Shown: positions 49,395 through 60,076 of the stretch, piece after piece
How positions within the stretch are numbered: position 1 is the first letter of the stretch
Layout: each line of letters opens with the position of its first letter
Origin: Methanotrichaceae archaeon
GTDB lineage: Archaea; Halobacteriota; Methanosarcinia; Methanotrichales; Methanotrichaceae
NCBI GenBank assembly: GCA_963754945.1
Contig: CAVWIG010000024.1
Location: 1 to 64,000 of the forward strand
Length of the DNA stretch: 64,000 bases
Direction: 5' to 3'
The notes under the pieces: generated by a model
The model's input: only the letters and a program-made list of their open reading frames with translations
What the model was told of the DNA's origin: nothing
Databases searched by the model: none
Program-made: the position numbers and the translations under genes

Positions 49395-51425
49395 CTACCT
49401 TACCTTTGTTCCCGGCTCTACCCTTTCCTGCGGTCTTAACAGCAATGCCTTTCCGCCGATATCGGCTGCCAGGAGCATTGCCTGTGATTCCACGCCGAAG
49501 AGCTTAGCGCGCTCCAGGTTGGCTACGACCACAGCCTGGGTTCCCACCAGGTCCTCAGGCGTGTAGGTCTCGGCAATGCCTGCAACCACCTGTCTCTTCT
49601 CTGTTCCTATGTCCACTATGATCTTGAGAAGCTTATTGGAGCCCTTGATCCTCTCAGCCTCTTTTATCTCTCCCACCCTCAGGTCTATGCCCTTGAACTG
49701 CTCAAAGGAAATGGTCTCCATTAACTTGTTCTTCTCCTTTTTGTCTTTTGATTCTGCCTGGTTCATCCTCTCTTTGAAGATGTCGTCCAGTTCTTTGATC
49801 GTCGCATCCTCCATCCTGACAAAGAGGATCTCCGGCTTTCCCAGCCTATGTCCCTCAGGCACAGGAACGACGGCATCAACAAACCGTTGGGCCTCTACGG
49901 TCCCTTCCAACCCCAACTGTCTCCAGGCTGCCTCCATCTTGGTGGGCATGACCGGGTCCATAAGGATGACAAGCGCCTTGGCGATCTGAAGGCACGATCG
50001 CAGCACGGGTCCTGCCAGCTCTTTGTCGGCCTTCACGAGCTTCCAGGGCTCGTGGGACTGGAAGTAGGTGTTACCGTAATCGGCCAGGGTCATCACAGTA
50101 TCAATGGCCTTCTTGAACTCGTACTCCTCCAGGCCAGATGTTACCTCCCTGGTCGTTCCAACAATCCTCGAGATGACCTCGGGATCTATCTCTCCTGGCG
50201 GCACCATGTTGTCGAAGTTCTTGATTGTAAAAGTAAGGGTTCTGTTCAGGAAGTTGCCGAAGGCTCCGGCAAGCTCAGTGTTCACCTTATCCCCAAAGAT
50301 CTTCCAGGCGAAGTTGACCTCCTTGTTGTGAGCGGTGTAGCTTGCAAGGTAATACCTGAGAAGGTCGGGGTGCAATCCACGATCCAGGTAGTCGTCCTTG
50401 ACCCAGATCACATAGCCTCGGCTCTTGGAGAACTTCTTGTCGTCGATCTTGAGCATTCCGCTGGCCACGACCGCCGATGGCAGTGTGTATCCAGCCCCTT
50501 TGAGCATTGCCGGCCAGAAGATGCAGTGATGGTAGACTATATCGCCACCGATGAAGTGGACGATCTTTGCCCCGTCCAGCCAGTACTCTTTCCAGTCCCT
50601 GTTGTTTTGGGCGCACCACTCCTCTGTGAAGGCTATGTAGCCGATGGGTGCATCCACCCAGACGTAAACCACAAGATCGTCATGCTCTGGGAACTTGATC
50701 CCCCAGGACATGCTTCGAGTAATGCACCAGTCCTTCAGCTCCATTCGTACCCACTCGGATGCGTAGTTCCTGGCGCTTGCTGTTCCCCCCAGGGTCTCAA
50801 GGTACTTCAGGAGGAAGTCCTTGAACTCTGAGAGCTTGAAGAAGTAGTGGATCTGCTTTCTGTACTCGGCCTTTCCGCCGCAGACCTTACAGACGGCGTT
50901 CTTTATCTCACCGGGCTCGAGATGGCGGCCGCAGCCCATATCGCACTCGTCGCCCCGTGCGGAAACGCCGCAGTAGGGACAGATGCCTTCCACGTACCTG
51001 TCTGGCAGGAAGCGGACGCACGCCGGACAGTAGGCCAGCTCTATCTCCTTGGGGTAGACGTAGCCCTTCTCCACCAGCGTCTCGACAATCTCCCGGGTCC
51101 GATGGTGGCTTTCGGGATCATCTGTGTCGCCGAAGAAGTCTAACTTCACGTTCATGTCCTTGAAGACAGCGTCGAAGTGAGCGTGGTACTTGGCTACCAG
51201 CTCTTTTGGCGTTGTCCCTTGAGCCTCGGCGTTGACTACGATTGGCGTTCCGTGAGCATCGGTGCCGCAGACGAAAAGGACGTCCTTGCCCATCTTTCTC
51301 ATGCCTCTTACAAAGATGTCCGCTGGTATGTAGGTTCTTAGGTGGCCTAGGTGGCAGGGGCCATTTGCATAGGGTAGGCCGCAGGTTACAAGGATACGAT
51401 CGTTGCCGGGAGACAATGAGAACAC
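49395..51425 (-). CDS. metG: Methionine-tRNA ligase
   Basis: [11 protein letters not shown], Zn knuckles, KFSKS, C-terminal tRNA-binding domain. Confidence 0.97.
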   Translation of the reverse strand: MFSLSPGNDRILVTCGLPYANGPCHLGHLRTYIPADIFVRGMRKMGKDVLFVCGTDAHGTPIVVNAEAQGTTPKELVAKYHAHFDAVFKDMNVKLDFFGDTDDPESHHRTREIVETLVEKGYVYPKEIELAYCPACVRFLPDRYVEGICPYCGVSARGDECDMGCGRHLEPGEIKNAVCKVCGGKAEYRKQIHYFFKLSEFKDFLLKYLETLGGTASARNYASEWVRMELKDWCITRSMSWGIKFPEHDDLVVYVWVDAPIGYIAFTEEWCAQNNRDWKEYWLDGAKIVHFIGGDIVYHHCIFWPAMLKGAGYTLPSAVVASGMLKIDDKKFSKSRGYVIWVKDDYLDRGLHPDLLRYYLASYTAHNKEVNFAWKIFGDKVNTELAGAFGNFLNRTLTFTIKNFDNMVPPGEIDPEVISRIVGTTREVTSGLEEYEFKKAIDTVMTLADYGNTYFQSHEPWKLVKADKELAGPVLRSCLQIAKALVILMDPVMPTKMEAAWRQLGLEGTVEAQRFVDAVVPVPEGHRLGKPEILFVRMEDATIKELDDIFKERMNQAESKDKKEKNKLMETISFEQFKGIDLRVGEIKEAERIKGSNKLLKIIVDIGTEKRQVVAGIAETYTPEDLVGTQAVVVANLERAKLFGVESQAMLLAADIGGKALLLRPQERVEPGTKVR

Positions 51426-51512
51426 CGCCTACTGGTATGCGTAACAGGGAGATATATGTTTCCCAACCACCAGAAATATATTGGCTAAATTGAATTATAT
51501 AAATAGTTTAAA

Positions 51513-51731
51513 CTAGCCTCTCAGGGCTTGCCACAGCAGGATAATCAGTACAACCACCGGAAACACCAGGGTTATGAGCAGCGTCCAGGAGCCGAACCTC
51601 TCAGCCACGATGCACCAGTGCTCGCACAGCCTGCCGCCTGTGCACCCTCCGCAGACCAGATTGCACCACCAACGGGTGAGGGGCGAGTTGGCCACCTTCC
51701 AGTCCTTGCATTTTGCAGGAATCCTGCCCAT
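51513..51731 (-). CDS. Small Cys/Trp-rich protein with C-terminal TM helix
   Basis: 72 aa, 6 Cys; upstream TTTATATA box. Confidence 0.55.
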   Translation of the reverse strand: MGRIPAKCKDWKVANSPLTRWWCNLVCGGCTGGRLCEHWCIVAERFGSWTLLITLVFPVVVLIILLWQALRG

Positions 51732-51836
51732 AGAACAACGCTTTCGTCCTTGATGATATAAAGAGTCTGCTGACTCTATTGATTAACTTTATAGGCTAAG
51801 GGTGCTCTATAACCGAGACTATTCGGTGGCGGTGCT

Positions 51837-52016
51837 ATGGTAATAAGGGTCAAAGCCAGATACGAGGACAAGGTGCTGAAGCCTCTTCGGGACATCAAAC
51901 TGCGAGAGGGCGAGGAGGTAGAGATTGAGGTCCGGAGGCCCCCTGTTGATGAGTTTCACGGGCGGCTGAAGATAGATGAAAAGACAGCCGATGAGATTGT
52001 CGATATGGAGTTGTAG
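51837..52016 (+). CDS. Antitoxin, AF2212/DUF104-like (59 aa; not in ORF track)
   Basis: MVIRVKARYEDKVLKPL..IKLREGEEVEI; ends 2 nt before the PIN toxin gene. Confidence 0.85.
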   Translation: MVIRVKARYEDKVLKPLRDIKLREGEEVEIEVRRPPVDEFHGRLKIDEKTADEIVDMEL

Positions 52017-52018
52017 GA

Positions 52019-52510
52019 TTGAAGCTAACAGAGATACCTGATGGTGAGAAGGTTTTCTTAGACGCAAACATATTCCTTTACTCTGCCTTCGATCACCCAA
52101 CCTTCGGCCGGAATTGCAGAGATCTTCTTACCCGTGTGGAAAATAAGGAGATCAAGGGTTGTTCTTCAGACTTCGTCCTGAGCGAGGTTTTCCACAAGCT
52201 CACTGTGGCAGAGATAGCAAGTGTCTACGGAGTCGAAGTCCGGAAGGCAAAGAAGCTGTTCAAAGAAAGGCCTGAGATAATCGATGAGCTGAAGATCGTC
52301 TGGGTGGAGATGGAACTCATAAAGAGCTTCAATCTCGGCCTGTTGGAAGGAGCGCTTTTCCCTGATTTCGTAGTGCTGTCCAGGAGATACAGCCTGATGG
52401 CAGCAGATGCAATCCACCTTTCGATGATGAGGCTGAACGAAGTAACTAACATCGCCACCAACAACAACGATTTCGAGAGGGTGGAGGGGATAACTCAGTG
52501 GAAACCGTAA
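52019..52510 (+). CDS. vapC: PIN-domain VapC toxin
   Basis: FLDANIF, VLSEV, DAIH, IATNNNDF. Confidence 0.88.
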   Translation: MKLTEIPDGEKVFLDANIFLYSAFDHPTFGRNCRDLLTRVENKEIKGCSSDFVLSEVFHKLTVAEIASVYGVEVRKAKKLFKERPEIIDELKIVWVEMELIKSFNLGLLEGALFPDFVVLSRRYSLMAADAIHLSMMRLNEVTNIATNNNDFERVEGITQWKP

Positions 52511-52582
52511 GATTTCGTCCCTTTGTAAGAGGGTCTTGAGAGAGCCAAACGGAGTTTACTGGACGTATCGGAGGGAGCTAAA

Positions 52583-53260
52583 ATTACAAGACAGAGTTCA
52601 AGTGGAACCTGCTGCTTCTGCAAAGGCAACTTTGCCAAATCGGCGATGGCAAGGCATCTGAAGTCCTGTAAGGTCAGAGCTGAAGAGAACGATAAGCTGG
52701 CAATCAAGGGCACCGCCAAAGGCAGCACCAGTAGGACAATCCTTCATCTTCAGGTGGAAGGCCGCGACCGGCCGATGTACTGGATGCATATTGAAATCCC
52801 GGCGAATGCGACTCTGGAGGACCTGGACAGTTTTCTGCGTCAGATCTGGCTGGAGTGTTGCGGCCACCTCAGCAGCTTTGAGATAGGAGGCGGCACATTC
52901 ATTTCAGAAAAGATGGAGCCCGGCGACAGGAGCATGAAAATCGCCCTTGGAAAAGTGATCGTCCCGGGGATGAAGTTCGAGCACCTCTACGACTTCGGAA
53001 CCTCGACAGAGCTTCTACTTAAATTGGTCTCAGTTAGGGAAGGCCTGGCACAGGGCAAGGCTGTCAAGGTCCTGGCCAGAAACGATCCTCCAGACATTAA
53101 ATGCCAATGCGGCAAGCAGGCCACAGCCGTATGCTGTGAGTGCACCGACGATGCCGCTTGGGTCTGCGAGGAGTGCGCTGGTAAGCACGAGTGCGGAGAG
53201 GATATGCTCCTGCCGGTCGTCAACTCTCCTCGGGTCGGGATGTGCGGCTACACTGGATAG
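52583..53260 (+). CDS. pRiA4b ORF-3-like protein with Zn-binding Cys motifs (start uncertain: ATT 52583 or ATG 52646)
   Basis: TLEDLD.FLR.IWLECCGHLS.F, YDFG, C-terminal CxxC pairs, NSPRVGMCGY. Confidence 0.7.
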   Translation: MTRQSSSGTCCFCKGNFAKSAMARHLKSCKVRAEENDKLAIKGTAKGSTSRTILHLQVEGRDRPMYWMHIEIPANATLEDLDSFLRQIWLECCGHLSSFEIGGGTFISEKMEPGDRSMKIALGKVIVPGMKFEHLYDFGTSTELLLKLVSVREGLAQGKAVKVLARNDPPDIKCQCGKQATAVCCECTDDAAWVCEECAGKHECGEDMLLPVVNSPRVGMCGYTG

Positions 53261-53414
53261 CGATACGGATAGTCGGCAAAAGGGGGGAGGCAAGGTAATT
53301 TAGAAACCAGAATCGGAAGCTTACCCATGCCGAGCACTCATAGATTAGAGCCAGCTTTTGAAGTCATAAAAGAAAGAAGGCAAAAGCGTATAACCGCTGA
53401 TATCTAAAGGATTA

Positions 53415-53786
53415 TCACTTGTAACTGTGCAGGCCGACGCTATTCCCCTCGGTGTCCATTATCATTGCTATCCAGCCCATATCGCCTATCTTAAGTTTCG
53501 GTGTGACGATCTTTCCGCCGGACTTTTCTACTCTTCCAATTACCTCATCGAGTATTCCCTGACAACTCAGGTAAACGCGTGTGCCGTTGGCGCATGGCTT
53601 TGCTCCCAATCCCGGAGGCACTATGTCGCCGCCAACACCTTCCATTCCTTCCATGGGGAAGAAACCGAGCTTTTGCCCCATGAATGTGTCCACGCGGATC
53701 TGTTGGCCTAGAATGTCAGAATAGAACTTAACCGCACGATCAAAATCCTCGGTTGGGATGTCAAACCAAGTTATTGCGTTTTTCAT
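53415..53786 (-). CDS. VOC/glyoxalase family protein, copy 1
   Basis: WFDIP..DFDRAVKFY..MDTEGNSVGLH; start reassigned to MKNAI. Confidence 0.9.
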   Translation of the reverse strand: MKNAITWFDIPTEDFDRAVKFYSDILGQQIRVDTFMGQKLGFFPMEGMEGVGGDIVPPGLGAKPCANGTRVYLSCQGILDEVIGRVEKSGGKIVTPKLKIGDMGWIAMIMDTEGNSVGLHSYK

Positions 53787-53873
53787 AGTAGTAATAGGAC
53801 TTGTGATGCTATAAATGTTTCTAAATTTTTGAAGAAGTATCCACGCGGTTTTTGATATCTTTTTCGTCCTCAA

Positions 53874-53974
53874 GAACAGCTTCATCAGCTCCTCGGCGAT
53901 TATCCGGTAGCCCGCCTCGTTTGGATGATCCAGCCCTGGAATGATCAACGACTTAATGGAGTTCCCTTGCGCAC
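53874..53974 (-). pseudogene. 3' fragment of an SGNH hydrolase, paralogous to 57117-57218
   Basis: Encodes SLIIPGLDHPNEAGYRIIAEELMKLF, the same as the C-terminus of 57114-57731. Confidence 0.8.
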
Positions 53975-54081
53975 GCGCTTCGTTGTAAGAGGGCCGGGGA
54001 GAATCCGAAAGAGAAGACGAGTTGGTAAAGGGCGCTACCAGAGGCAGTGCCAGAAGGCCAGAAGGCAATCCTTTATCTATA

Positions 54082-55172
54082 ATAGGACTTACGCAGTTGA
54101 ATCTTTCGACAATGAATAATAAGGATATTTTATATATTCGCGAATTGACTCGCGAATAATTCTTCGCTTAGATTCGAACCAACTTATTCCTATTCTAAGC
54201 CTTTCTACTTCTAATCTGAGAAACGCTCTCAGGGAGAACATTATGTGTGCTCTCTGGGACTGACTTTTTCTTGCTTGACAGCTTTCGACTCCACAGAATT
54301 GCTTTATGCCTCTGTGATATTCCTCAATCTTCCAGGAATATCCACCAAATTTTTCGCGTTTAGCTTCGTCTATCTCCAGCACGTCAGTTGCCCAGTATCC
54401 TATGTCACCGTCATTAGAGACTATCCGGAATACTTTTATAAAACCATAAGCTTTTAAATGCACTTCCCTGCCTTGCAACGGTATCTCTATCTCCTGAATT
54501 TGCATATTTTTGGTGTTATTCGGATTCACTAGCCTATTTTTCTTCAATCGGGTCAGCCAGTGCCATCCAGACTTTCGTATGGTTTTGAGATTATCTACAC
54601 TGGCATACCAGCTATCGAAGAGAACAATACGGGGCTGAAAACGCCGTTCTTTTGCTTTGGCAAGCATATCTCGAAAATGATCATTTTTTGTCTTGCCGTC
54701 GACATCTATATCGTAGATTCGGAAATCAACGGGAATTATAGCGTTTCCATCTGTCCACAGCAACGTACAAATATTGATTCCATTCACCAATCGATGCTGT
54801 TTTCCACTCCATTGATGATAGACTAGGCTCATATTTTTAGCATATGGCTTGTCCAACGTCGTATCGTCAATAACCAAGAAACCATTTTGAGGCTGAACAA
54901 TATCCTTTACCTCATTCCACAACGTATCCGTATCTGGAGGCTGTCTTTGTAGAAGACGGGTAAATGCATCATGCGATGGACTATTTTCTCCTACTGGCTG
55001 GCACCTTGCAGCCTCAGTACAGGTAAAAACATCTACTGATGCTATCAGAAAGTGAATATAATCAAGATCATCGCACTTGGAAGGATTCAAGTTCAGCCCT
55101 ATCCCATTTATTTGTTGGTATTAATATAGCATATGCAATATAAGAAGATTCTGCCAAGTGCGTAAGTCCTAT
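54082..55172 (-). mobile_element. IS701-family insertion sequence
   Basis: TIRs ataggacttacgcagttg / caagtgcgtaagtcctat (17/18 match); AT-rich flanks, TSD ambiguous (possibly ATA). Confidence 0.88.
54089..55090 (-). CDS. IS701-family DDE transposase
   Basis: SHDAFTRLL, IDDTTLDKPY, FDSWY, WKIEEYHRGIKQ. Confidence 0.9.
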   Translation of the reverse strand: MNPSKCDDLDYIHFLIASVDVFTCTEAARCQPVGENSPSHDAFTRLLQRQPPDTDTLWNEVKDIVQPQNGFLVIDDTTLDKPYAKNMSLVYHQWSGKQHRLVNGINICTLLWTDGNAIIPVDFRIYDIDVDGKTKNDHFRDMLAKAKERRFQPRIVLFDSWYASVDNLKTIRKSGWHWLTRLKKNRLVNPNNTKNMQIQEIEIPLQGREVHLKAYGFIKVFRIVSNDGDIGYWATDVLEIDEAKREKFGGYSWKIEEYHRGIKQFCGVESCQARKSQSQRAHIMFSLRAFLRLEVERLRIGISWFESKRRIIRESIREYIKYPYYSLSKDSTA

Positions 55173-55221
55173 ATAAGAAAAGAAGGCAATAGCGTATACG
55201 CCGCTGATACCTAAAGGATTA

Positions 55222-55590
55222 TCATTTGGAACTGTGCAGGCCGACGGTATTTCCCTCAGTGTCCATGATAATTGCTCTCCACCCCATATCGCCGAGCTTA
55301 AATTTCGGAGCGATGATCTTTCCGCCGGACTTCTCTACTCTTCCGATGACCTCATCGAGTATTCCCTGGCAACTCAAGTAAACGCGAGTACCATTGGCGC
55401 AGGGCTTTCCCCATTTCGGGAGCACTAAGTCGCCGCCAACACCTTCCATTCCATCCATAGGGAAGAAGCCGAGCTTTTGCCCCATGAAGGTGTCGACGCG
55501 GATCGGTTGGCCGAGAATGTCAGAATAGAACTTCACAGCACGATCAAAATCCTCTGTAAAGATGTCGAACCAGGCTATTGAGTCTTTCAT
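55222..55590 (-). CDS. VOC/glyoxalase family protein, copy 2
   Basis: Close paralog of 53415-53786; start MKDSI. Confidence 0.9.
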   Translation of the reverse strand: MKDSIAWFDIFTEDFDRAVKFYSDILGQPIRVDTFMGQKLGFFPMDGMEGVGGDLVLPKWGKPCANGTRVYLSCQGILDEVIGRVEKSGGKIIAPKFKLGDMGWRAIIMDTEGNTVGLHSSK

Positions 55591-55676
55591 AATGATAGTA
55601 ATAGGACTTGTGATGCTATAAATGTTTCTAAATTTTGAAAGAAGTGTTCCATTGAACAATAATGCAGAGACCGCAA

Positions 55677-57068
55677 GGTAGTGTGCCGAGATTTCTGTAA
55701 TTTGGAGTTGCCCTGTATCCCAACATACTCAATCAGCATCCATAGATAAATACTTTTTAGCGGTCAGCCATTCTTCGTTGATATCGATGAGGATCGAAAC
55801 CCCTAACCTCATGAACGAGCTCTCACTTGGGAAGGCACCGACTACCCTGGATCTTCTTTTCAGCTCCTTGTTGATCCTCTCCAGCCCGTTTGTAGTCCGA
55901 ATCCTTCTCCAGTGACCTCTGGGGAATGCCCTGTAATTCCACAGACTGAATCTGAAGCGGTCGATAGTGTCAGCAGATTTCGCATAACCTCTTTCCCTCA
56001 ATTCTTTCGCTAAGTCCTGTATCTTGATTTCGTCTTCCAGAGCGATCTTGATCTTATCGGCGATCTCCTTATGATACTTCTTGGCAACGTTTCTCAAGAC
56101 CGCTCTTGAAAAGTGAACGTGACACATTTGCCATGAAGCACCAAGAAATGATTTCTCAACCGCTTTCTGGATTCCCTTATGACCATCTGATATCACGAGC
56201 TTTACTCCGGACAACCCACGATCCGCCAGATCTTGAAATAATCCCGACCAGAAGAGTTCATCTTCACTGTCAGCTATTCTTGCGCCAAGTATCTCGCGAT
56301 AACCGTCATCTCTAACACCTGTGACGATCATGAAAGCTTTGGTAACATATCTTGATTCTGTTCTTACTTTGAAGTAGCTTGCATCTACATAAAGATAAGG
56401 AATAGGACGTTCGATAGGTTTCTTCAGGAATTCTTCTACCTTCTCGTCAAGCTCTTTGGATATCCTGGAAACGCTAGAGGCAGATAAATTCTCGATGCCA
56501 AATCGAGAGACAATATCTTGGATTCTCCTGGTTGAAACCCCCTGGAGATACGATTCGAGTACAGCGTTGACCAAAGCCTTCTCTACGCGCGAAAATCTGT
56601 CGAACACCTTGGTTTCGAAGGAAATTTCACGGAATTGAGGTTTCTTGAGTCGGAGCTCTCCAACTCGCGTCTTCAGAGATCTTTCCTTGTAGCCATTCCT
56701 ATGTGCCTTTCGGGATTCGACTCTCTGATACGGTTCTGCATCTGCCTGTTGCGCCGCTTCTAGCTGCATTACAAGGTTCAAGAACCAGGTCAGAAGCTTC
56801 TTTAGTCCATCTTCCTGATCGATAAGGTAATCTTCCAAGAGTGCTATGGGTATCATGGTCCTGTGTCCTCCTTTTCTCAAGATTGGATAGGATACAGGGC
56901 CGATAATCATTCTTATTATCAAAGTACAGAAAAATCGTTACACTGCCGTAATCTTCCAAGAGTGCTATGGGTATCATGGTCCTGTGTCCTCCTTTTCTCA
57001 AGATTGGATAGGATACAGGGCCGATAATCATTCTTATTATCAAAGTACAGAAAAATCGTTACACTGCC
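55677..57068 (-). mobile_element. IS256-family insertion sequence with a tandemly duplicated terminal 121 bp
   Basis: Imperfect TIRs ggtagtgtgccgagatttctgta / tacagaaaaatcgttacactgcc; 8-bp TSD GACCGCAA at 55669-55676 and 57069-57076. Confidence 0.93.
55729..56856 (-). CDS. IS256-family transposase
   Basis: RNGY, GVSTR, VDASY, ISDGHKG, QMCHVHF, RTTNGLERINKELKRR; GGAGG RBS before MIPIA. Confidence 0.93.
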   Translation of the reverse strand: MIPIALLEDYLIDQEDGLKKLLTWFLNLVMQLEAAQQADAEPYQRVESRKAHRNGYKERSLKTRVGELRLKKPQFREISFETKVFDRFSRVEKALVNAVLESYLQGVSTRRIQDIVSRFGIENLSASSVSRISKELDEKVEEFLKKPIERPIPYLYVDASYFKVRTESRYVTKAFMIVTGVRDDGYREILGARIADSEDELFWSGLFQDLADRGLSGVKLVISDGHKGIQKAVEKSFLGASWQMCHVHFSRAVLRNVAKKYHKEIADKIKIALEDEIKIQDLAKELRERGYAKSADTIDRFRFSLWNYRAFPRGHWRRIRTTNGLERINKELKRRSRVVGAFPSESSFMRLGVSILIDINEEWLTAKKYLSMDAD

Positions 57069-57113
57069 GACCGCAATGAATTAGACTGTTTTAAATCCTT
57101 CCCGAGAATAGTA

Positions 57114-57731
57114 TTAGAATAGCTTCATCAGCTCCTCAGCTATTATCCTGTACCCTGCCTCATTAGGATGATCCAGGCCTGGAATGATCAACGAACTTAG
57201 AGGTGTCCCTTGGCGCACTCGATCCATCCAGGCTCCATAGACATCCACGAAACCAACGTCCATCTCCTTCGCAACCCGCTCGATAGCTTGATAGTAATCC
57301 AGGACCAGCCTGTCATAGGGCGGCGTCTCCAGAGGCTGAGAGGAGAGCAGCAATATCTCAGATGCAGGGCCTGACAGAATGCGCCTTATCATCTCCGCTA
57401 GGTTTGCCTCGAACTCCTCGAGCCCCAGGCCATAGACACAGTCGTTGATCCCAAAGTTGATGGTTACAAGATCAGGCTCGTAGGAGAGGACGGCCCAGTC
57501 CAGCCTGTAAAGGCCGTCCATGGTCGTGTCCCCTGAGACCCCTGAGTTGATCATCTCTATCCTGACGCCGGGATACTTCTGCACAAGCATCTCCTTCCAA
57601 AAAGTCGGAAATCCCCGCCGGACAGCGTACCCTGCAGTTATAGAGTCTCCGAAGACTACTATCGTCGCATCGCAGCCGTTATGGAGATCGGCTAGAGTCT
57701 TTTCGGCAAACCTCTTCGTCTCTTCTTCCAT
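57114..57731 (-). CDS. SGNH/GDSL hydrolase
   Basis: FGDSITAG, NSGVSG, FGIND, DHPN. Confidence 0.9.
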   Translation of the reverse strand: MEEETKRFAEKTLADLHNGCDATIVVFGDSITAGYAVRRGFPTFWKEMLVQKYPGVRIEMINSGVSGDTTMDGLYRLDWAVLSYEPDLVTINFGINDCVYGLGLEEFEANLAEMIRRILSGPASEILLLSSQPLETPPYDRLVLDYYQAIERVAKEMDVGFVDVYGAWMDRVRQGTPLSSLIIPGLDHPNEAGYRIIAEELMKLF

Positions 57732-57744
57732 GCTGCAAAATTCT

Positions 57745-58530
57745 TCAGCAAACTATTGGAGCTTTGCTCTTATCGACTGCACTGATTGCCTCTTTCATAT
57801 CCCTGACCAGTTGCTCCAGGCGATCGATCTCTCCTTTGGCGATCAGGTCAACGCAGGCAGAACCTACGATGGCTGCATCCGCACCTGCTCTGATCACCTC
57901 TGCCGCCTGGGCAGGCGTGGAGATGCCAAAACCTACCGCCCTGGGAACGTTCCCGGGAACCCTTGTTATCAGGCTCTTGGTATCCTGGAGCACGTCTTTC
58001 CTGGCCCCGGTGACACCTGTTCTCGCCACCAAGTAGACGAACCCCGAGGTCTGGTCCAGGATCATTCGCATTCGATCAAGCGGCGTGTTGGGCGCTACAA
58101 GGAAGATCAGGTCCACGCCGTGGCAGATGCAGGCCTCCCGGAGAGGACCAGCTTCCTCCGGCGGTAGGTCGGGCACGATTAGGCCGGAAATACAGCTTTT
58201 GGCGCAATCGCTTGCGAACTTGTCCAGGCCTCGGGCGTAGATCATGTTGTAGTATCCCATGAATACCTTGGGAATGTCAACATCCATAGAAGCAACAGTT
58301 TCGAAGTAGACGTCTGTGTTCATCCCTGCGGCTATGGCCCTCTGGGCTGCTGCCTGGATGGTGGGGCCATCGGCTATGGGATCGGAGTGGGGTAGTCCCA
58401 GCTCTATTATGTCCGCGCCTGCCTCTGCAATCCTTTCTGCCAGGTCGACTGTAGCTTCAGGGCTAGGGTCTCCAGCGCAGATATAGACGATCAATAGAGG
58501 TTTATGCAGAAAAGCTTCAGAGATTCTCAT
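57745..58530 (-). CDS. trpA: Tryptophan synthase alpha chain
   Basis: [28 protein letters not shown]. Confidence 0.96.
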   Translation of the reverse strand: MRISEAFLHKPLLIVYICAGDPSPEATVDLAERIAEAGADIIELGLPHSDPIADGPTIQAAAQRAIAAGMNTDVYFETVASMDVDIPKVFMGYYNMIYARGLDKFASDCAKSCISGLIVPDLPPEEAGPLREACICHGVDLIFLVAPNTPLDRMRMILDQTSGFVYLVARTGVTGARKDVLQDTKSLITRVPGNVPRAVGFGISTPAQAAEVIRAGADAAIVGSACVDLIAKGEIDRLEQLVRDMKEAISAVDKSKAPIVC

Positions 58531-59719
58531 ATTCCATCACCGTTGCCAGATCTTTGTCGCCTCTGCCTGAGATATTTATGATCGCCAGGTCTCCTAGCGC
58601 CTCGGGCTCCCCAAGGGCGTACCCAACTGCGTGAGCAGATTCCAGCGCCGGGATTATGCCCTCCAGCTCGGAGAGCAGCCTGAAACCTGTTATTGCAGTT
58701 TTATCGTCAGCCATCCTGGGCTTGACGCGCCCAGTCTCAGCCAGATAGGCTAACTGTGGACCAACACCGGGGTAGTCCAGACCGGCAGCGACAGAATAGG
58801 ATTCCAGGATCTGGCCGTAGGGGTCCTGCAGGATCTTAGTAAGAGCCCCGTGGAGGACACCGTCATCCCCGCAGCCCAGGGATGCCCCATTGTCCGCAGT
58901 CTTGTCGGTCTTTCCCAAGCCCCTCCCACCAGCCTCAACGGCGATCAGATCAACATAGCTGTCATCCAGGAACGGGGCGAAGATCCCCATGGCATTGGAC
59001 CCGCCGCCAACACAGGCCACTATTGAGTCAGGTAGCCTGCCTTCGGCCTGCACGATCTGCTCCCTGGCCTCCTTTCCGATCACGCTCTGAAAGTCCCTGA
59101 CCATGCTAGGGAAGGGGTGGGGTCCGGCTGCCGTGCCCAATAGGTAGTGAGTGCTCTCGAAACTGGACGCCCAGTCCCTCATGGCCTCGTTTATGGCATC
59201 CTTGAGGGTTCGAGAGCCTGACTTGACCGGTATGACCTCGGCCCCCATCAACTCCATGCGGTAGACGTTCATCTTCTGGCGCTCGATGTCCACCTCACCC
59301 ATGTACACCTGAGTCTCGAACCCCAAGTTAGCCCCTACGATCGCTGTTGCCACACCGTGCTGTCCTGCTCCCGTCTCGGCTATCAGCCTGGTCTTGCCCA
59401 TGCGCTTTGCCACCAGTGCCTGGCCTAGAGTGTTGTTCAGCTTGTGAGCACCGCCGTGGACCAGGTCCTCACGCTTCAGGTAGACTTTCCGGCCCAGCTT
59501 CTCGCTGAGATTCCTGGCGTAGTACAGGGGCGTAGCCCTTCCTGCAAAATTCTTAAGCATGCCGTCCAGGTCGGCAGTAAACCCAGCATCCCCGCTCAAC
59601 CGTTCGTAAGCCTCTGCCAGCTCGGTCAGCGGCGGGATAAGAGTCTCGGGCACAAATAGCCCGCCATACCTCCCGAACTTCATCGTCTTGGGAATTTGAT
59701 CAGCAACCTGACATTTCAA
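58517..59719 (-). CDS. trpB: Tryptophan synthase beta chain (start may be 59683)
   Basis: [34 protein letters not shown]. Confidence 0.96.
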   Translation of the reverse strand: MKCQVADQIPKTMKFGRYGGLFVPETLIPPLTELAEAYERLSGDAGFTADLDGMLKNFAGRATPLYYARNLSEKLGRKVYLKREDLVHGGAHKLNNTLGQALVAKRMGKTRLIAETGAGQHGVATAIVGANLGFETQVYMGEVDIERQKMNVYRMELMGAEVIPVKSGSRTLKDAINEAMRDWASSFESTHYLLGTAAGPHPFPSMVRDFQSVIGKEAREQIVQAEGRLPDSIVACVGGGSNAMGIFAPFLDDSYVDLIAVEAGGRGLGKTDKTADNGASLGCGDDGVLHGALTKILQDPYGQILESYSVAAGLDYPGVGPQLAYLAETGRVKPRMADDKTAITGFRLLSELEGIIPALESAHAVGYALGEPEALGDLAIINISGRGDKDLATVMEYENL

Positions 59720-59815
59720 AGGATCACCGGCTTGATGTATAACTTAGTACTATGATGTATGAAAAAGTACATTGTATTTAAGCCTTATCTTTCTCCTTTC
59801 TCCCAGCCTTCTTGT

Positions 59816-60076
59816 CTAAAGATCTCCAGGAAGCTCTCCGGTGAGGCTCTCGATCCTCTGCTCAGCGCTCTCCAGCCTGGAGCTGCACAATCTGACCAAA
59901 CGTATACCACGCTCAAACAGAACCAGGCTCTCCTCAAGCGAGAGCTTCCCATCCTCCAGCCTGCCGACAATCTGCTCCAGATCCGCCAGTGCTTCCTCCA
60001 AATTCAGATCGTCCTTCGAGATAACACCACACCCTAAATCTTCAACTTCCTCGCTTTTACATCTTTTCCAATACAT
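59816..60076 (-). CDS. xseB: Exodeoxyribonuclease VII small subunit
   Basis: EEALADLEQIV..LSLEESL..FERG..C...LE.AEQ. Confidence 0.88.
   Translation of the reverse strand: MYWKRCKSEEVEDLGCGVISKDDLNLEEALADLEQIVGRLEDGKLSLEESLVLFERGIRLVRLCSSRLESAEQRIESLTGELPGDL

Noticed and set aside
53787-54068. 217-aa VOC fusion ORF
   Set aside because: Chance read-through of the SGNH fragment and promoter region into the VOC gene; the paralog supports start 53786.
56699-57043. 114-aa ORF resembling the transposase N-terminus
   Set aside because: By-product of the 121-bp end duplication.
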